Origin: Candidatus Komeilibacteria bacterium
GTDB taxonomy: Bacteria > Patescibacteriota > Patescibacteriia > UBA1558 > GWA2-36-10
Reading direction: 5' to 3'
DNA length: 43,467 bases
NCBI GenBank assembly: GCA_018656655.1
Contig: JABHYW010000035.1
Coordinates: forward strand, 1 to 43,467
Below the pieces are notes generated by a model, which searched no databases, was not told the DNA's origin, and worked only from the letters and a program-made list of their open reading frames with translations. A program made the position numbers and the translations under genes. The number at the start of each line of letters is the position of its first letter. Position 1 is the stretch's first letter. Shown here one piece after another: positions 10,000-19,045 of the stretch.

Positions 10000-10603
10000 T
10001 AAGTTATTAATAGCTACCCATAATATAGGCAAGTTTACAGAAATTAAAAAACAACTAGAAGTATTAGATATTAAAATAGTTTCTTTATCAGATCTAGGAA
10101 TTAAAGAAGATTTTGAGGAAACAGGTGAGACTTTTGAAGCTAATGCTATGGGAAAAGCTAAATTTTATTATAATTTAGCTAAAATACCAACTATATCTGA
10201 TGACTCAGGATTCGCAGTTGATGCCTTAAATGGTGAGCCAGGGGTGCATTCTAGGACTTGGCCAGGTTATGAGGCGAGTGATGAAGAATTACTACAGATG
10301 CTTTTGTATAAAATGAAAGATGTGCCTGATCAAGAAAGAACAGCTAAGGCTGTATGTGTTATAGCTTTTTATAACGGTGAAGAGGAGATAATAACAAGAG
10401 GAGAAGAGTATGGGACAATATCTAAGAAGGTTGAATCTAAAATAGAAAAAGGCTTACCATATAGTGCAGTATTTTTTTCTAAAGGTTATAATAAAGTATT
10501 TTCGCAATTAAGCATTGAAGAAAAAAACGCTATTAGTCACAGAGGGATAGCCTTAGATAAATTAATTAAAAAATTATCTGCCAAAGGCGGAGTAAACAAA
10601 TAA
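9989..10603 (+). CDS. rdgB: Non-canonical purine NTP pyrophosphatase (RdgB/HAM1)
   Basis: ATHNIGK, ETGETFEANA..KA, DDSG..VDALNGEPGVHS and KNAISHRG motifs. Confidence 0.95.
   Translation: MKINKLLIATHNIGKFTEIKKQLEVLDIKIVSLSDLGIKEDFEETGETFEANAMGKAKFYYNLAKIPTISDDSGFAVDALNGEPGVHSRTWPGYEASDEELLQMLLYKMKDVPDQERTAKAVCVIAFYNGEEEIITRGEEYGTISKKVESKIEKGLPYSAVFFSKGYNKVFSQLSIEEKNAISHRGIALDKLIKKLSAKGGVNK
10572..10599 (+). repeat. Short palindromic repeat, family B (copy 1)
   Basis: AATTATCTGCCAAAGGCGGAGTAAACAA; 27/28 identical to the reverse complement of 32637-32664. Confidence 0.8.
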
Positions 10604-10608
10604 TAAAT

Positions 10609-11178
10609 ATGGATAAAAGAAATCTTTTAATCATGACTGGGGCAATATTTATAGCTTTAGTTTTGATGCTGATTTTTCCAGCTAAAAAAATTACTATGGA
10701 AGAAGCAATTATAAAAACTAATAAGGGTGATATAAAAGTAGCTTTATTTTATAATAGAGTACCAGTTACTGTAGAAAATTTTGTAAAATTGGCTCAAGAT
10801 GGTGTTTATGATGATTTAAAGTTTCACAGAGTGATAAAAGACTTTATGATTCAGACTGGCGATCCTCAGACTAAGGGTGAAGAAGGTAAGGATTTTGTTT
10901 ATGAACCAGACGGCAGTGCTTTACCAATTGCTGGCACAGGTGGACCAGGCTATACTTTTAAAGATGAAATTCATCCAAATTTAAAACATAATATAGCTGG
11001 AATTTTATCTATGGCTAATTCAGGGCCAGACACTAATGGTTCCCAGTTTTTTATTACCCATTTACCAACTCCTTGGTTAGATGGCAAACACACTATTTTT
11101 GGCCGAGTCTTAGATGGTCAAGATATTGTAGATGAAATAGTACGAGGCGATTATATAAAGAAAATAGTAATCAAATAG
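10609..11178 (+). CDS. Cyclophilin-type peptidyl-prolyl cis-trans isomerase with N-terminal membrane anchor
   Basis: FHRVIKDFMIQTGDP, SMANSGPDTNGSQFFIT and WLDGKHTIFG motifs. Confidence 0.96.
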   Translation: MDKRNLLIMTGAIFIALVLMLIFPAKKITMEEAIIKTNKGDIKVALFYNRVPVTVENFVKLAQDGVYDDLKFHRVIKDFMIQTGDPQTKGEEGKDFVYEPDGSALPIAGTGGPGYTFKDEIHPNLKHNIAGILSMANSGPDTNGSQFFITHLPTPWLDGKHTIFGRVLDGQDIVDEIVRGDYIKKIVIK

Positions 11179-11179
11179 T

Positions 11180-12427
11180 ATGTTAGATATTAAAAAAATT
11201 CGAGCCAATAAAAAAGAAATTGAAATATCTCTTCTCAAGCGTATAGAGAAGAAGAATTTTAATTTAGACAATATTTTAAAGGCCGATGATCAACGAAAAG
11301 AACTTTTAATAGAAGTTGAAAAATTACAAGCTGAGCGTAATAAAGCCTCTAAAACTAAACCTGATGCAAAAACTATCAAAGCTATGCAAACTTTGGGTGT
11401 TAAGCTAAAAAAGATTGAAGATAATTTAAGTGAAGTAGAGGATGGATTACAAATTAGTTTATCCGCTTTACCAAATATTGTAGCTGATGACGTAGTAGCT
11501 GGGACTAAAGAAAATAATAAAGTTATAAAAACTTTTGGAGATAAACCAAAGTTTGCCAAAGGTGAAGCTAAAAATCACGTGGATTTAGCTACAGATTTAG
11601 GTCTAATTGATTATGAGCGAGCCGCTAAGATGTCTGGAGCTGGTTTCTGGGCTTATACTGGTGATGGAGCTTTACTAGAGTGGGCTTTACTTAATTATTT
11701 TGCTGATTATCATCGTCAGAATAATTATACTTTTATTATTCCTCCATATTTATTAACTGAACAATCAGCCTATACTTCTGGCCATTTGCCAAAATTTAAA
11801 GATGATTTATTTTGGGCTACTAAAGATAAGCTTTGTTTAAATGCAACTTCTGAAATGATGTTAGGTAATTATCATCGTGACGAAATGCTGGATACAAAAT
11901 CTTTACCATTAAAGTATTATGCTTTTTCAACTTGTTTCCGTAGAGAGGCTGGTTCATATAGAGCAGAGGAGAGGGGTATGATTCGTGGTCATCAATTTAA
12001 CAAAATTGAAATGTTTCAATTTACTAAGCCTGAAGATTCATGGGCTGCCTTTGATGAGTTATTAGTTCATGCTGAAAAATTAGTAGAAGGCTTAGGTTTG
12101 CATTATACATCTGTTCAATTAGCTGCCGGGGATTGTAGTGCAGCTATGGCCAAAACAGTAGATATTGAAGTTTGGATTCCATCTATGAATAACTATAAAG
12201 AAGTATCTAGTGTTTCAAATGCTTTGGACTATCAAGCTCGTCGTGGCAATATTAGATTTAAAGATATTGATGGTAAAAATAAATTTGTCCATACTTTAAA
12301 TGCTTCAGGTTTAGCTACTAGTCGTATTTTTCCAGCTATTCTAGAACAGAATCAACAAGCCGACGGATCAGTTAAAATTCCAAAGGTTTTACAAAAGTAC
12401 ATGGGTAAAAAAGTATTGAAAAAATAA
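11180..12427 (+). CDS. serS: Serine--tRNA ligase
   Basis: N-terminal coiled coil; ATSE, CFRREAG, RGHQFNKIE and HTLNASGLA motifs. Confidence 0.97.
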   Translation: MLDIKKIRANKKEIEISLLKRIEKKNFNLDNILKADDQRKELLIEVEKLQAERNKASKTKPDAKTIKAMQTLGVKLKKIEDNLSEVEDGLQISLSALPNIVADDVVAGTKENNKVIKTFGDKPKFAKGEAKNHVDLATDLGLIDYERAAKMSGAGFWAYTGDGALLEWALLNYFADYHRQNNYTFIIPPYLLTEQSAYTSGHLPKFKDDLFWATKDKLCLNATSEMMLGNYHRDEMLDTKSLPLKYYAFSTCFRREAGSYRAEERGMIRGHQFNKIEMFQFTKPEDSWAAFDELLVHAEKLVEGLGLHYTSVQLAAGDCSAAMAKTVDIEVWIPSMNNYKEVSSVSNALDYQARRGNIRFKDIDGKNKFVHTLNASGLATSRIFPAILEQNQQADGSVKIPKVLQKYMGKKVLKK

Positions 12428-13528
12428 ATGTCATTGACTTGGATTGAAATAAATAAAAAGAATATTTTACATAATATTAGGCAGTTCAAAAATTTGGCGC
12501 CTAATTCTGAGTTTTGGCCGGTAGTTAAAAGTAATGCCTATGGCCATGGTTCTAAAGAAATAGTAAGTTTCCTCAAGGATAATGAAGATGTAGCTGGTTT
12601 TATGGTAGCTAATCTAGAAGAGGCCTTGGAGATTAAAAGCCTGACTAAAAAACCAATTATAGTGCTTTCTTATTTTGACAGAGATAATATAGATTTATTA
12701 AAAAAAGTAGACTCTCAAATTTCTTTACCAATTTATGATTTAGATACTGTAGATTATTTGCAGGCTTTGAACAAGGACATTTTAGTAAATGTAAAAATAG
12801 ATACCGGTACAACTCGTTTGGGATTTAAAGTGGCCGATGTAGCTGAAGCTGTAAAATATATAGAGAGTCAGAAGAATTTAAATATTTTTAGTATTTTTAC
12901 TCATTATGCAGAATCTGAGTCAGAAAATCAGGACTTTACTAAAGAGCAATTAGAGATTTTTGAGAAAGTTACTGAAAATTATAAAAAATATAAACTTCAT
13001 TCAGCTTGTAGCGCCGCAAGCATAGCTTTGCCAGAGGCACAGGGGGAAATAATAAGGATTGGTTTAGCTTTTTATGGTTTATGGCCTAGTGAACCCACTA
13101 AAAGAAGGGCATGGATGTCTCAGGTTTGTTTACAGCCTTTAATGACTTGGAAAACTAAAGTAATTCAAGTCAAAGAATTAAAGAAAGATGATACAATAGG
13201 TTATAATAGATCATATAAATGTGATAAACCTTGTAAAGTAGTAGTTTTACCAATTGGCTATAATGAAGGTTATGATAGATTGCTTTCTAATAATGCAGAA
13301 GTATTAATTAAAGGTGAGCGTTGTCCAGTTAGAGGAAATATTTGTATGAATCTGACCATGGTAGAAATTCCGAACGATTTAGAAGTGGAAGTAGGGGAGG
13401 TAGTCACTTTATTAGGCACAGATAGTGGTCAAAATATCAGTGCAGATGACTTGGCTACTAAATGTCAGACTATAAATTACGAAATAGTCACTAGAATAAA
13501 TCCAAATCTTAGTAGGTTAATAGTTTGA
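12428..13528 (+). CDS. alr: Alanine racemase
   Basis: VVKSNAYGHG (PLP lysine), KIDTGTTRLG, GY.EGY.R, GNICMN and TINYEIV motifs. Confidence 0.96.
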   Translation: MSLTWIEINKKNILHNIRQFKNLAPNSEFWPVVKSNAYGHGSKEIVSFLKDNEDVAGFMVANLEEALEIKSLTKKPIIVLSYFDRDNIDLLKKVDSQISLPIYDLDTVDYLQALNKDILVNVKIDTGTTRLGFKVADVAEAVKYIESQKNLNIFSIFTHYAESESENQDFTKEQLEIFEKVTENYKKYKLHSACSAASIALPEAQGEIIRIGLAFYGLWPSEPTKRRAWMSQVCLQPLMTWKTKVIQVKELKKDDTIGYNRSYKCDKPCKVVVLPIGYNEGYDRLLSNNAEVLIKGERCPVRGNICMNLTMVEIPNDLEVEVGEVVTLLGTDSGQNISADDLATKCQTINYEIVTRINPNLSRLIV

Positions 13529-13577
13529 TATTTAACGTTTTACGACACATAATATATAGGTATATTTAGAAGAGAGT

Positions 13578-14402
13578 ATGAGTGCTTTAATAAAAACAAC
13601 TAAATCATGGAAAAGGCATTTACCTCAAAAACCACAAAAGGTTCAGAGGGGTTATTATACTCGGCAAAAAAATTCTCAACAGAAAATAATTATTAGAATT
13701 ATTTTTGTAATTTTTGCTATCTTAGTACTTCAAAGTATTTTCCAAATAAAGTTTTTAAGGGTTCAGAATATCAATTTAAACAATAATAATGACTTAAGCA
13801 CCGAAGAGGTTCAAGAATTTGTCTTAGATAAGCTTACAGCTACAAAGTTTTTCTTTTTTGAAAAGAATAACTACTTTTTAGTGCCGATAGATGAATTAGA
13901 TGTCCAACTAGTAGCGGAATATAATTTAGAAGAAGTTAGTTTAGAAAAAATCTGGCCTAACACATTAGAAATTACTGTCAAAGAAAAAAATTCTCATTTT
14001 ATTTGGCAGAAAGATGACTCAATATACCTCTTAGATGCTAAAGGGCTCTTAAATCGGCAAATCAGCATTTTAGACGATAAATACTTGCTTTTAGACGATA
14101 AGCGTGATCAAAGGCCTAGTGGAGAGCAAATTTTTACAGATCAAGAGATAAATATTATTAACCAGATATATTTAAATTGGATGGACATGGTAGCTTCTAA
14201 AGCAAAGTTAAATAAAATTACTATTTATAATGATTGGAGTATTGAATTAAATACTCAAACTGGTTTTTATGTGAAGTTAGATAAAGATCAGGACATACAT
14301 GAACAGTTAAATAACTTAAAGGCAGTGCTAGAAGAGAATATTACAGGAGTAGATATAGATTATATAGATGTTAGATTCGGGGATAAGGTTTATTTTAAGT
14401 AG
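13578..14402 (+). CDS. Cell division protein FtsQ/DivIB-like
   Basis: Basic N-terminus, single TM, POTRA-like K.WPNTLEITVKE, C-terminal DYIDVRFGDKVYFK. Confidence 0.8.
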   Translation: MSALIKTTKSWKRHLPQKPQKVQRGYYTRQKNSQQKIIIRIIFVIFAILVLQSIFQIKFLRVQNINLNNNNDLSTEEVQEFVLDKLTATKFFFFEKNNYFLVPIDELDVQLVAEYNLEEVSLEKIWPNTLEITVKEKNSHFIWQKDDSIYLLDAKGLLNRQISILDDKYLLLDDKRDQRPSGEQIFTDQEINIINQIYLNWMDMVASKAKLNKITIYNDWSIELNTQTGFYVKLDKDQDIHEQLNNLKAVLEENITGVDIDYIDVRFGDKVYFK

Positions 14403-14416
14403 ATTATTGTAATATA

Positions 14417-14445
14417 TTGACATATAAGTATGTTTTTTATATACT
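14417..14445 (+). promoter_or_regulatory. Sigma70-type promoter of the Xer operon
   Basis: TTGACA (14417-14422), 17 bp spacer, TATACT (14440-14445). Confidence 0.75.
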
Positions 14446-14452
14446 TAATACA

Positions 14453-14480
14453 AGTTCGCATAATATAGGTTAAGCGAAGT
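14453..14480. other. dif-like Xer recombination site
   Basis: AGTTCGCATAA-TATAGG-TTAAGCGAAGT: 11-6-11 imperfect inverted repeat; left arm resembles the XerC arm of dif (GGTGCGCATAA); immediately upstream of a Xer gene. Confidence 0.75.
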
Positions 14481-14484
14481 AATA

Positions 14485-15468
14485 ATGTATATAGTAATGG
14501 AAAAATCAAAAAAGACAATAATTAAACATATCCCCCACTTCTTAGAATACTGTGAAGTTGGTAAAGGTTTATCTAATCTAACTATTAAAAATTATGACAG
14601 ATTCCTTCGTCCTTTTCAGAATTGGTTAAATAAAAATAAACTATTAAATTTACTCCCCCATAATTTGACGCAAAAGCATATTTGGGATTATCGTTTATAT
14701 TTATCTAGGTATGTTAATCCTAATTTAAAATCTAATTTACAAAAGACAACACAAAATTATTATTTAATTGCTTTAAGAAATCTATTGTCTTATTTTGCTG
14801 AAAAAGACATATCCTCTCTCCCCCCAGAAAAGGTTAAACTTGGTAAAGATAAAAAGAGTCGGGTAGTAAAATTTTTATCATTAGATCAAATTGAAAAATT
14901 ATTATTATCACCTGATATTAAAAAATTTATAGGACTTAGAGATAGGGCTATTTTAGAAGTATTATTTAGTACTGGTTTGAGGGTATCGGAACTTATTGCT
15001 CTTAACATAGATGTAATTAATTTGGAAATATTAAATAAGAATAAAAAAAAGGGTCTAGAATTAGTAATAATTGGAAAAGGAAATCATCCAAGAACAGTAT
15101 ATTTATCAAATAGGGCTATAGAATGGCTAATTAAATATCTAAATGAAAGACATGATGATGATTTGGCTTTATTTATTAATGCATTGCAACATAAGAATAT
15201 TTTATCTAAACGCCTTTCAGCTCGATCTATAGAAATAATGATTAAAAAATATTGTAAACTTACTGGATTACCTATTACCACCACACCACATACTATACGA
15301 CACTCGTATGCTACAGATTTATTAGAACAGGGAGTAGATTTAAGAACAATACAGGAATTTCTTGGTCATCGTAATATCGTTACTACTCAGGTTTATACTC
15401 ATGTTACTAATAAACACTTAAGAGATGTTCACCAAGCATTTCATAGTGGAAGAAATTTAAAGAATTAA
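14485..15468 (+). CDS. Xer-family tyrosine recombinase 1
   Basis: SAM-like N-domain; RDRAILEVLFSTGLRVSEL, GKG, HTIRHSYAT, LGH and TTQVYTHV; complete R-K-H-R-H-Y set. Confidence 0.95.
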   Translation: MYIVMEKSKKTIIKHIPHFLEYCEVGKGLSNLTIKNYDRFLRPFQNWLNKNKLLNLLPHNLTQKHIWDYRLYLSRYVNPNLKSNLQKTTQNYYLIALRNLLSYFAEKDISSLPPEKVKLGKDKKSRVVKFLSLDQIEKLLLSPDIKKFIGLRDRAILEVLFSTGLRVSELIALNIDVINLEILNKNKKKGLELVIIGKGNHPRTVYLSNRAIEWLIKYLNERHDDDLALFINALQHKNILSKRLSARSIEIMIKKYCKLTGLPITTTPHTIRHSYATDLLEQGVDLRTIQEFLGHRNIVTTQVYTHVTNKHLRDVHQAFHSGRNLKN

Positions 15469-15472
15469 TAAT

Positions 15473-15973
15473 ATGAAGAAAAGCGAAAATTTAGCGTGGC
15501 ATATTGTAGAAAAAGAAATACATAAAGAGATAGAATGGTTGAAAAAATCTATTGATATTATGGGTAAGGCAGAGAATTCGCCAATACCTAGTGAATATTA
15601 TTTATATAGATTAATAGCTATTTTAATAGTTAGTGGACAGATTAAAGCTAGAGAAATAACTTCTGATAATTTATGGGGTGGATTAAGTTATGCTAAAATT
15701 GAGAAAGTACACAAACATGGGAAGGCTTGGCACAGAAAAATGATGGATATTATTGATAAATATTTTAAAGATCAAAATTATGATATTGTAACAGAGCCTA
15801 ATTTACATAACGGTCGGGCAGATTTAGGAATTTTTAAAAAAGGTAAAAAAGATTTGTATATTGAAGTCGGTACTACCTCTATTTATAAGTTATGTCTTAA
15901 TCTTCATTTTATGAAGGATATTATTATTTTAATCGTTCCATCTAATAACAAAGTAATCGAATTTGAAAAATAA
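15473..15973 (+). CDS. Hypothetical protein with PD-(D/E)XK nuclease-like motif
   Basis: H.K........YF....Y.IVTE...GRADL.....LYIEVG pattern; tightly packed between the two recombinase genes. Confidence 0.55.
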   Translation: MKKSENLAWHIVEKEIHKEIEWLKKSIDIMGKAENSPIPSEYYLYRLIAILIVSGQIKAREITSDNLWGGLSYAKIEKVHKHGKAWHRKMMDIIDKYFKDQNYDIVTEPNLHNGRADLGIFKKGKKDLYIEVGTTSIYKLCLNLHFMKDIIILIVPSNNKVIEFEK

Positions 15974-15974
15974 T

Positions 15975-16907
15975 ATGCTTCCTCACTTTAAAGAATTTTT
16001 ATTATACTTAGAAAAAAAGGATTATTCTATTAAGACTATCCGTAGTTATGAAAGGGATTTAAATACTTTTGAAAATTTTTTAGAAAAAGATATTAAGACC
16101 GAGTTTAAAAAATTAACTAAGCGGTCCATTATTAAATTTAAGGCCTACCTCTCCTCTACTTCCAGAGAGACTGCTTTAAATAAGCCTGGTGAAAAGAAAT
16201 TATCAAGTTATAGTATCAATCGTATACTGTCAGCTTTACGTGCTTATTTAAAATTTTTGATTGATGTTGATTACAAAACTCCTGTTACTGCTGATGCTGT
16301 TAAGTTATTAAAAACTGAAAAGAAGTATGGGCAAGTGCCAGAGATGAGTCAATTAATTACTTTGATAGAAGCGCCTAATAAATTTGAAACTGATCCGACT
16401 ATTAAGTTACGTAATAGAGCCATGTTAGAAACTCTCTTCGCTACTGGTATGCGTATTTCGGAATTACTCTCTCTTAAACGTGAGCAGTTAGATAACACCG
16501 GACGGATTTATGTAATGGGTAAAGGTAAAAAACAACGTTTTGTTTATCTGACTCCGCGAGCTATTAAACATATTAAGGATTATTTAGCCACTCGCCATGA
16601 TCAAACACCTTATCTTTTTATTCCTTATCGGGGTTTAAATAATGCTGATAAGAATAAAAAGATATCTGCCAATTATTTACAAGCAAAAATAAAAAAATAT
16701 AGAGAACTTCTCTCTATTAATATACCTATTTCGGCTCACTCTATTCGTCATAGCTTTGCCACTTATTTAGCTGAAAATGGCGCTAATCCGGCGGCTATCC
16801 AAATACTCTTGGGTCATGAGTCTTTAGATACTACTACTCGTTATGTCCATGCTAGTGACCGTTACGCAGAAAAAATGCATACAGACTTCCATCCTCTTAA
16901 AAAATAA
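15975..16907 (+). CDS. Xer-family tyrosine recombinase 2
   Basis: RNRAMLETLFATGMRISEL, GKGKKQR, HSIRHSFAT, LGHESLDTTTRYVH; ATG at 15975 follows the upstream stop (ORF track start TTG 15963). Confidence 0.95.
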   Translation: MLPHFKEFLLYLEKKDYSIKTIRSYERDLNTFENFLEKDIKTEFKKLTKRSIIKFKAYLSSTSRETALNKPGEKKLSSYSINRILSALRAYLKFLIDVDYKTPVTADAVKLLKTEKKYGQVPEMSQLITLIEAPNKFETDPTIKLRNRAMLETLFATGMRISELLSLKREQLDNTGRIYVMGKGKKQRFVYLTPRAIKHIKDYLATRHDQTPYLFIPYRGLNNADKNKKISANYLQAKIKKYRELLSINIPISAHSIRHSFATYLAENGANPAAIQILLGHESLDTTTRYVHASDRYAEKMHTDFHPLKK

Positions 16908-16909
16908 AG

Positions 16910-16940
16910 AAAAGCGCAGAGTTGTGTTTCTGCGCTTTTT
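16910..16940. terminator. Bidirectional terminator after the Xer operon
   Basis: AAAAGCGCAGA-loop-TCTGCGCTTTTT between convergent genes. Confidence 0.8.
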
Positions 16941-16962
16941 ACATACTAATGTTGAGTACGGC

Positions 16963-17175
16963 TTAAATAGTTACTGGCCGTATTAGATCTTCCCAACTGA
17001 CCTGAGTATCTTTTTTCAGTTGTGCTATAGCTTTATCTGCTTTTTCTGAAGTCCAGATTGGTCCTTTGCATTTTGGACATTTTTTAGGATATTTTTCCGA
17101 GCCATTTATGTCACATTTGTGACACCGCCACTTAACATTGTGATAGTTGATACCACCTCTTTGTAGTTGACTCAT
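16963..17175 (-). CDS. Small zinc-ribbon protein
   Basis: CHKC...CPKC motif; ATG at 17175 preceded by AAGGAGAGG SD (ORF track extends to 17217). Confidence 0.6.
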   Translation of the reverse strand: MSQLQRGGINYHNVKWRCHKCDINGSEKYPKKCPKCKGPIWTSEKADKAIAQLKKDTQVSWEDLIRPVTI

Positions 17176-17294
17176 ATTGCCTCTCCTTCTTTTTAAAGTA
17201 CTGTTTTTGCGAATCATTCTAATAATAGTTTAGCATAGTACTTTATATTTTAAAAGTAGTTTATATTATATTGTTTTAGTTGATTTATATAGCA

Positions 17295-17323
17295 TTGACA
17301 AAAACTAATATTTATGTTATTAT
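17295..17323 (+). promoter_or_regulatory. Sigma70 promoter with extended -10
   Basis: TTGACA, 17 bp spacer ending in TG-n, TATTAT. Confidence 0.7.
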
Positions 17324-17328
17324 ATAGA

Positions 17329-17443
17329 AATCGTAATGACAGCCTCAATGCTGTTTGAACGATAAATACTAGCAATTACTTATAAAGGAAGGTGATTATA
17401 TGGTATTTTGAGGGCTGACTTTATTTGTCAGTCCCTTTTTTTT
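17329..17443 (+). ncRNA. Candidate small structured RNA (~115 nt, three hairpins)
   Basis: Promoter upstream; stems ATCGT/ACAGC..GCTGT/ACGAT and AAATACTA..TGGTATTT; terminator GGGCTGAC..GTCAGTCC plus T-run; only a 3-codon ORF inside. Confidence 0.5.
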
Positions 17444-17445
17444 GA

Positions 17446-17646
17446 CAAAAAGAAGAAGGAGGTCTTGCAGACAGACCTCCTCCACTTATTTCAACGCCCT
17501 GTGTTGGAATAAGTGTTTAAGAAAGTGGTGGTTTACCCAAAATTATCGAGTAACAAGAAGCTAAATTACTAAAGTAATCGGCTAGTTTATGTTAATCTCG
17601 AGTAACCGAGACACCACCTTTATGAATTGATAGAACTTGAACACAA
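17446..17646 (-). ncRNA. Candidate structured RNA (~200 nt, long rod plus two hairpins)
   Basis: Promoter TTGACA (17680-17675), 17 bp, TG-n-TAATCT; long interrupted stem 17521-17621; hairpin 17483-17515; terminator GGAGGTCT..AGACCTCC plus pyrimidine/T tail. Confidence 0.55.
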
Positions 17647-17684
17647 GAAGTAGATTATCATATAATTAAATATTTGTCAATAGT

Positions 17685-17708
17685 AAAAGCCCCTAGGATA
17701 TAGGGGCT
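17685..17708 (-). terminator. Terminator after the M23 peptidase gene
   Basis: AGCCCCTA..TAGGGGCT hairpin followed by TTTT on the - strand. Confidence 0.65.
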
Positions 17709-17737
17709 AATTTTAGAGGTAATTTTATAATATTTAT

Positions 17738-18991
17738 TTAAGGTAGATAATTTAATGGATTAACTGGAATTCCATTAAGACGCACTTCTAAGTGAAGATG
17801 TGGCCCAGTAGAAAATGGTCCAGCTCCTCTAGTACCAGGCATACCGCCAGTAGAGCCAATAATATCTCCCTTTGATACAAATTGATCAGCTGAGACATTT
17901 ATTTGATTAACGTGACCATAGACAGTAGATAAACCATCAGCATGAACCAACATAATATAACTATAACCTGTGACGCCTCCATCTCTAGCTTTAGCTACAT
18001 AACCTGATTCGGCAGCCCTAAGAGCTGTACCTTGAGGAGTACCAATATCAATGGCGTTATGTTCAAAAATATACCTATAAGGATAATCTGGGTCATGGAA
18101 ATAAGCAGTTATACGTTGTGAAGGTACCGGCCACATAAGTCCATCGCTATCAATGTTGTCTAATTGCAATTGACGGTTTAGTTTTTCACGAGCAATTTTT
18201 TCTAGATAAACTATGTCACTATCAATTTGTCTTTGATCTTCTTTGGCTTGACGAAGTAATTCTTGATATTTATATTCTTGACCTTGAGTAGCAGCCATTA
18301 AATTAAACTTTGATATCTTCTGTCCGTCTAGGGTGCCTATTTTACCATCAAGAATATTTTTAAGAGTATCTAATTCATATTTTTCACTTTCAAGATCTCC
18401 TTTGTCATTATTTAAAGCTAATTTTATTTCTCCAAGACTAGCTACTCCCTCAAAAAGGTTGTCTTGCATGGACTCTAATCTATTTAGATCAGCCATGAAA
18501 TCACTAAAATTGTCATTGAGAATTAAAATTTCTAAAAGACTAGATTTTTGTTGTTGTCTATGTAGAGATCTGATTACTTCGGCTAGAATATCTTTTTGAT
18601 CGCCTATCTCATTTTCCTTAGCATCTATTTTTAATTCAGTGTTTTCTATTTTTAGATCAAGAGTTTCAATCTCTAATCCAGCTGCTTCAATCTCTAAATT
18701 AATTTTAGCAATACTTTCATTAAGAGTGCTTACCTGATTAGAAAGGCTACTTAGTTCATTTTGTTTGGCATAAATATTCTTTTGATAAATACCAATTTGT
18801 CTATGTAATTCTTGAATTTCTGACCTTTTATCGTTAATATCTTGATTTATTTGCCATGTTTCTATAGTTTCCAAGCTATCTAGCTTATATTCTACAGCTG
18901 AGCTAATTTTTGGTAATAAAATAAAACCAAGCAGTGCTATGGTTAATATACTGGATAATATTCTAATAGTTTTTATTTTTGTTTGTAGCAT
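17738..18991 (-). CDS. Coiled-coil M23 peptidase (EnvC/murein hydrolase-like), secreted
   Basis: Signal/TM segment, long coiled coil, HNAIDI, YGH and STGPHLHLEVR zinc motifs. Confidence 0.92.
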   Translation of the reverse strand: MLQTKIKTIRILSSILTIALLGFILLPKISSAVEYKLDSLETIETWQINQDINDKRSEIQELHRQIGIYQKNIYAKQNELSSLSNQVSTLNESIAKINLEIEAAGLEIETLDLKIENTELKIDAKENEIGDQKDILAEVIRSLHRQQQKSSLLEILILNDNFSDFMADLNRLESMQDNLFEGVASLGEIKLALNNDKGDLESEKYELDTLKNILDGKIGTLDGQKISKFNLMAATQGQEYKYQELLRQAKEDQRQIDSDIVYLEKIAREKLNRQLQLDNIDSDGLMWPVPSQRITAYFHDPDYPYRYIFEHNAIDIGTPQGTALRAAESGYVAKARDGGVTGYSYIMLVHADGLSTVYGHVNQINVSADQFVSKGDIIGSTGGMPGTRGAGPFSTGPHLHLEVRLNGIPVNPLNYLP

Positions 18992-19045
18992 GGTTTCTTA
19001 AATATAACTATATTATAGCATATTTGTAGTATATTGGCAATAAAC

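Noticed and set aside
11290..11559. Antisense ORFs from the track (also 15084-15284, 18333-18599, 24593-24781, 28982-29239, 29290-29583, 33789-34078, 38194-38745, 39179-39933, 40240-40548, 41936-42279, 42878-43120)
   Set aside because: They overlap better-supported genes on the opposite strand and show no recognisable motifs
14485..16907. Prophage or integrative element
   Set aside because: No phage, replication or conjugation genes and no flanking att duplication seen; neighbours are mostly housekeeping genes
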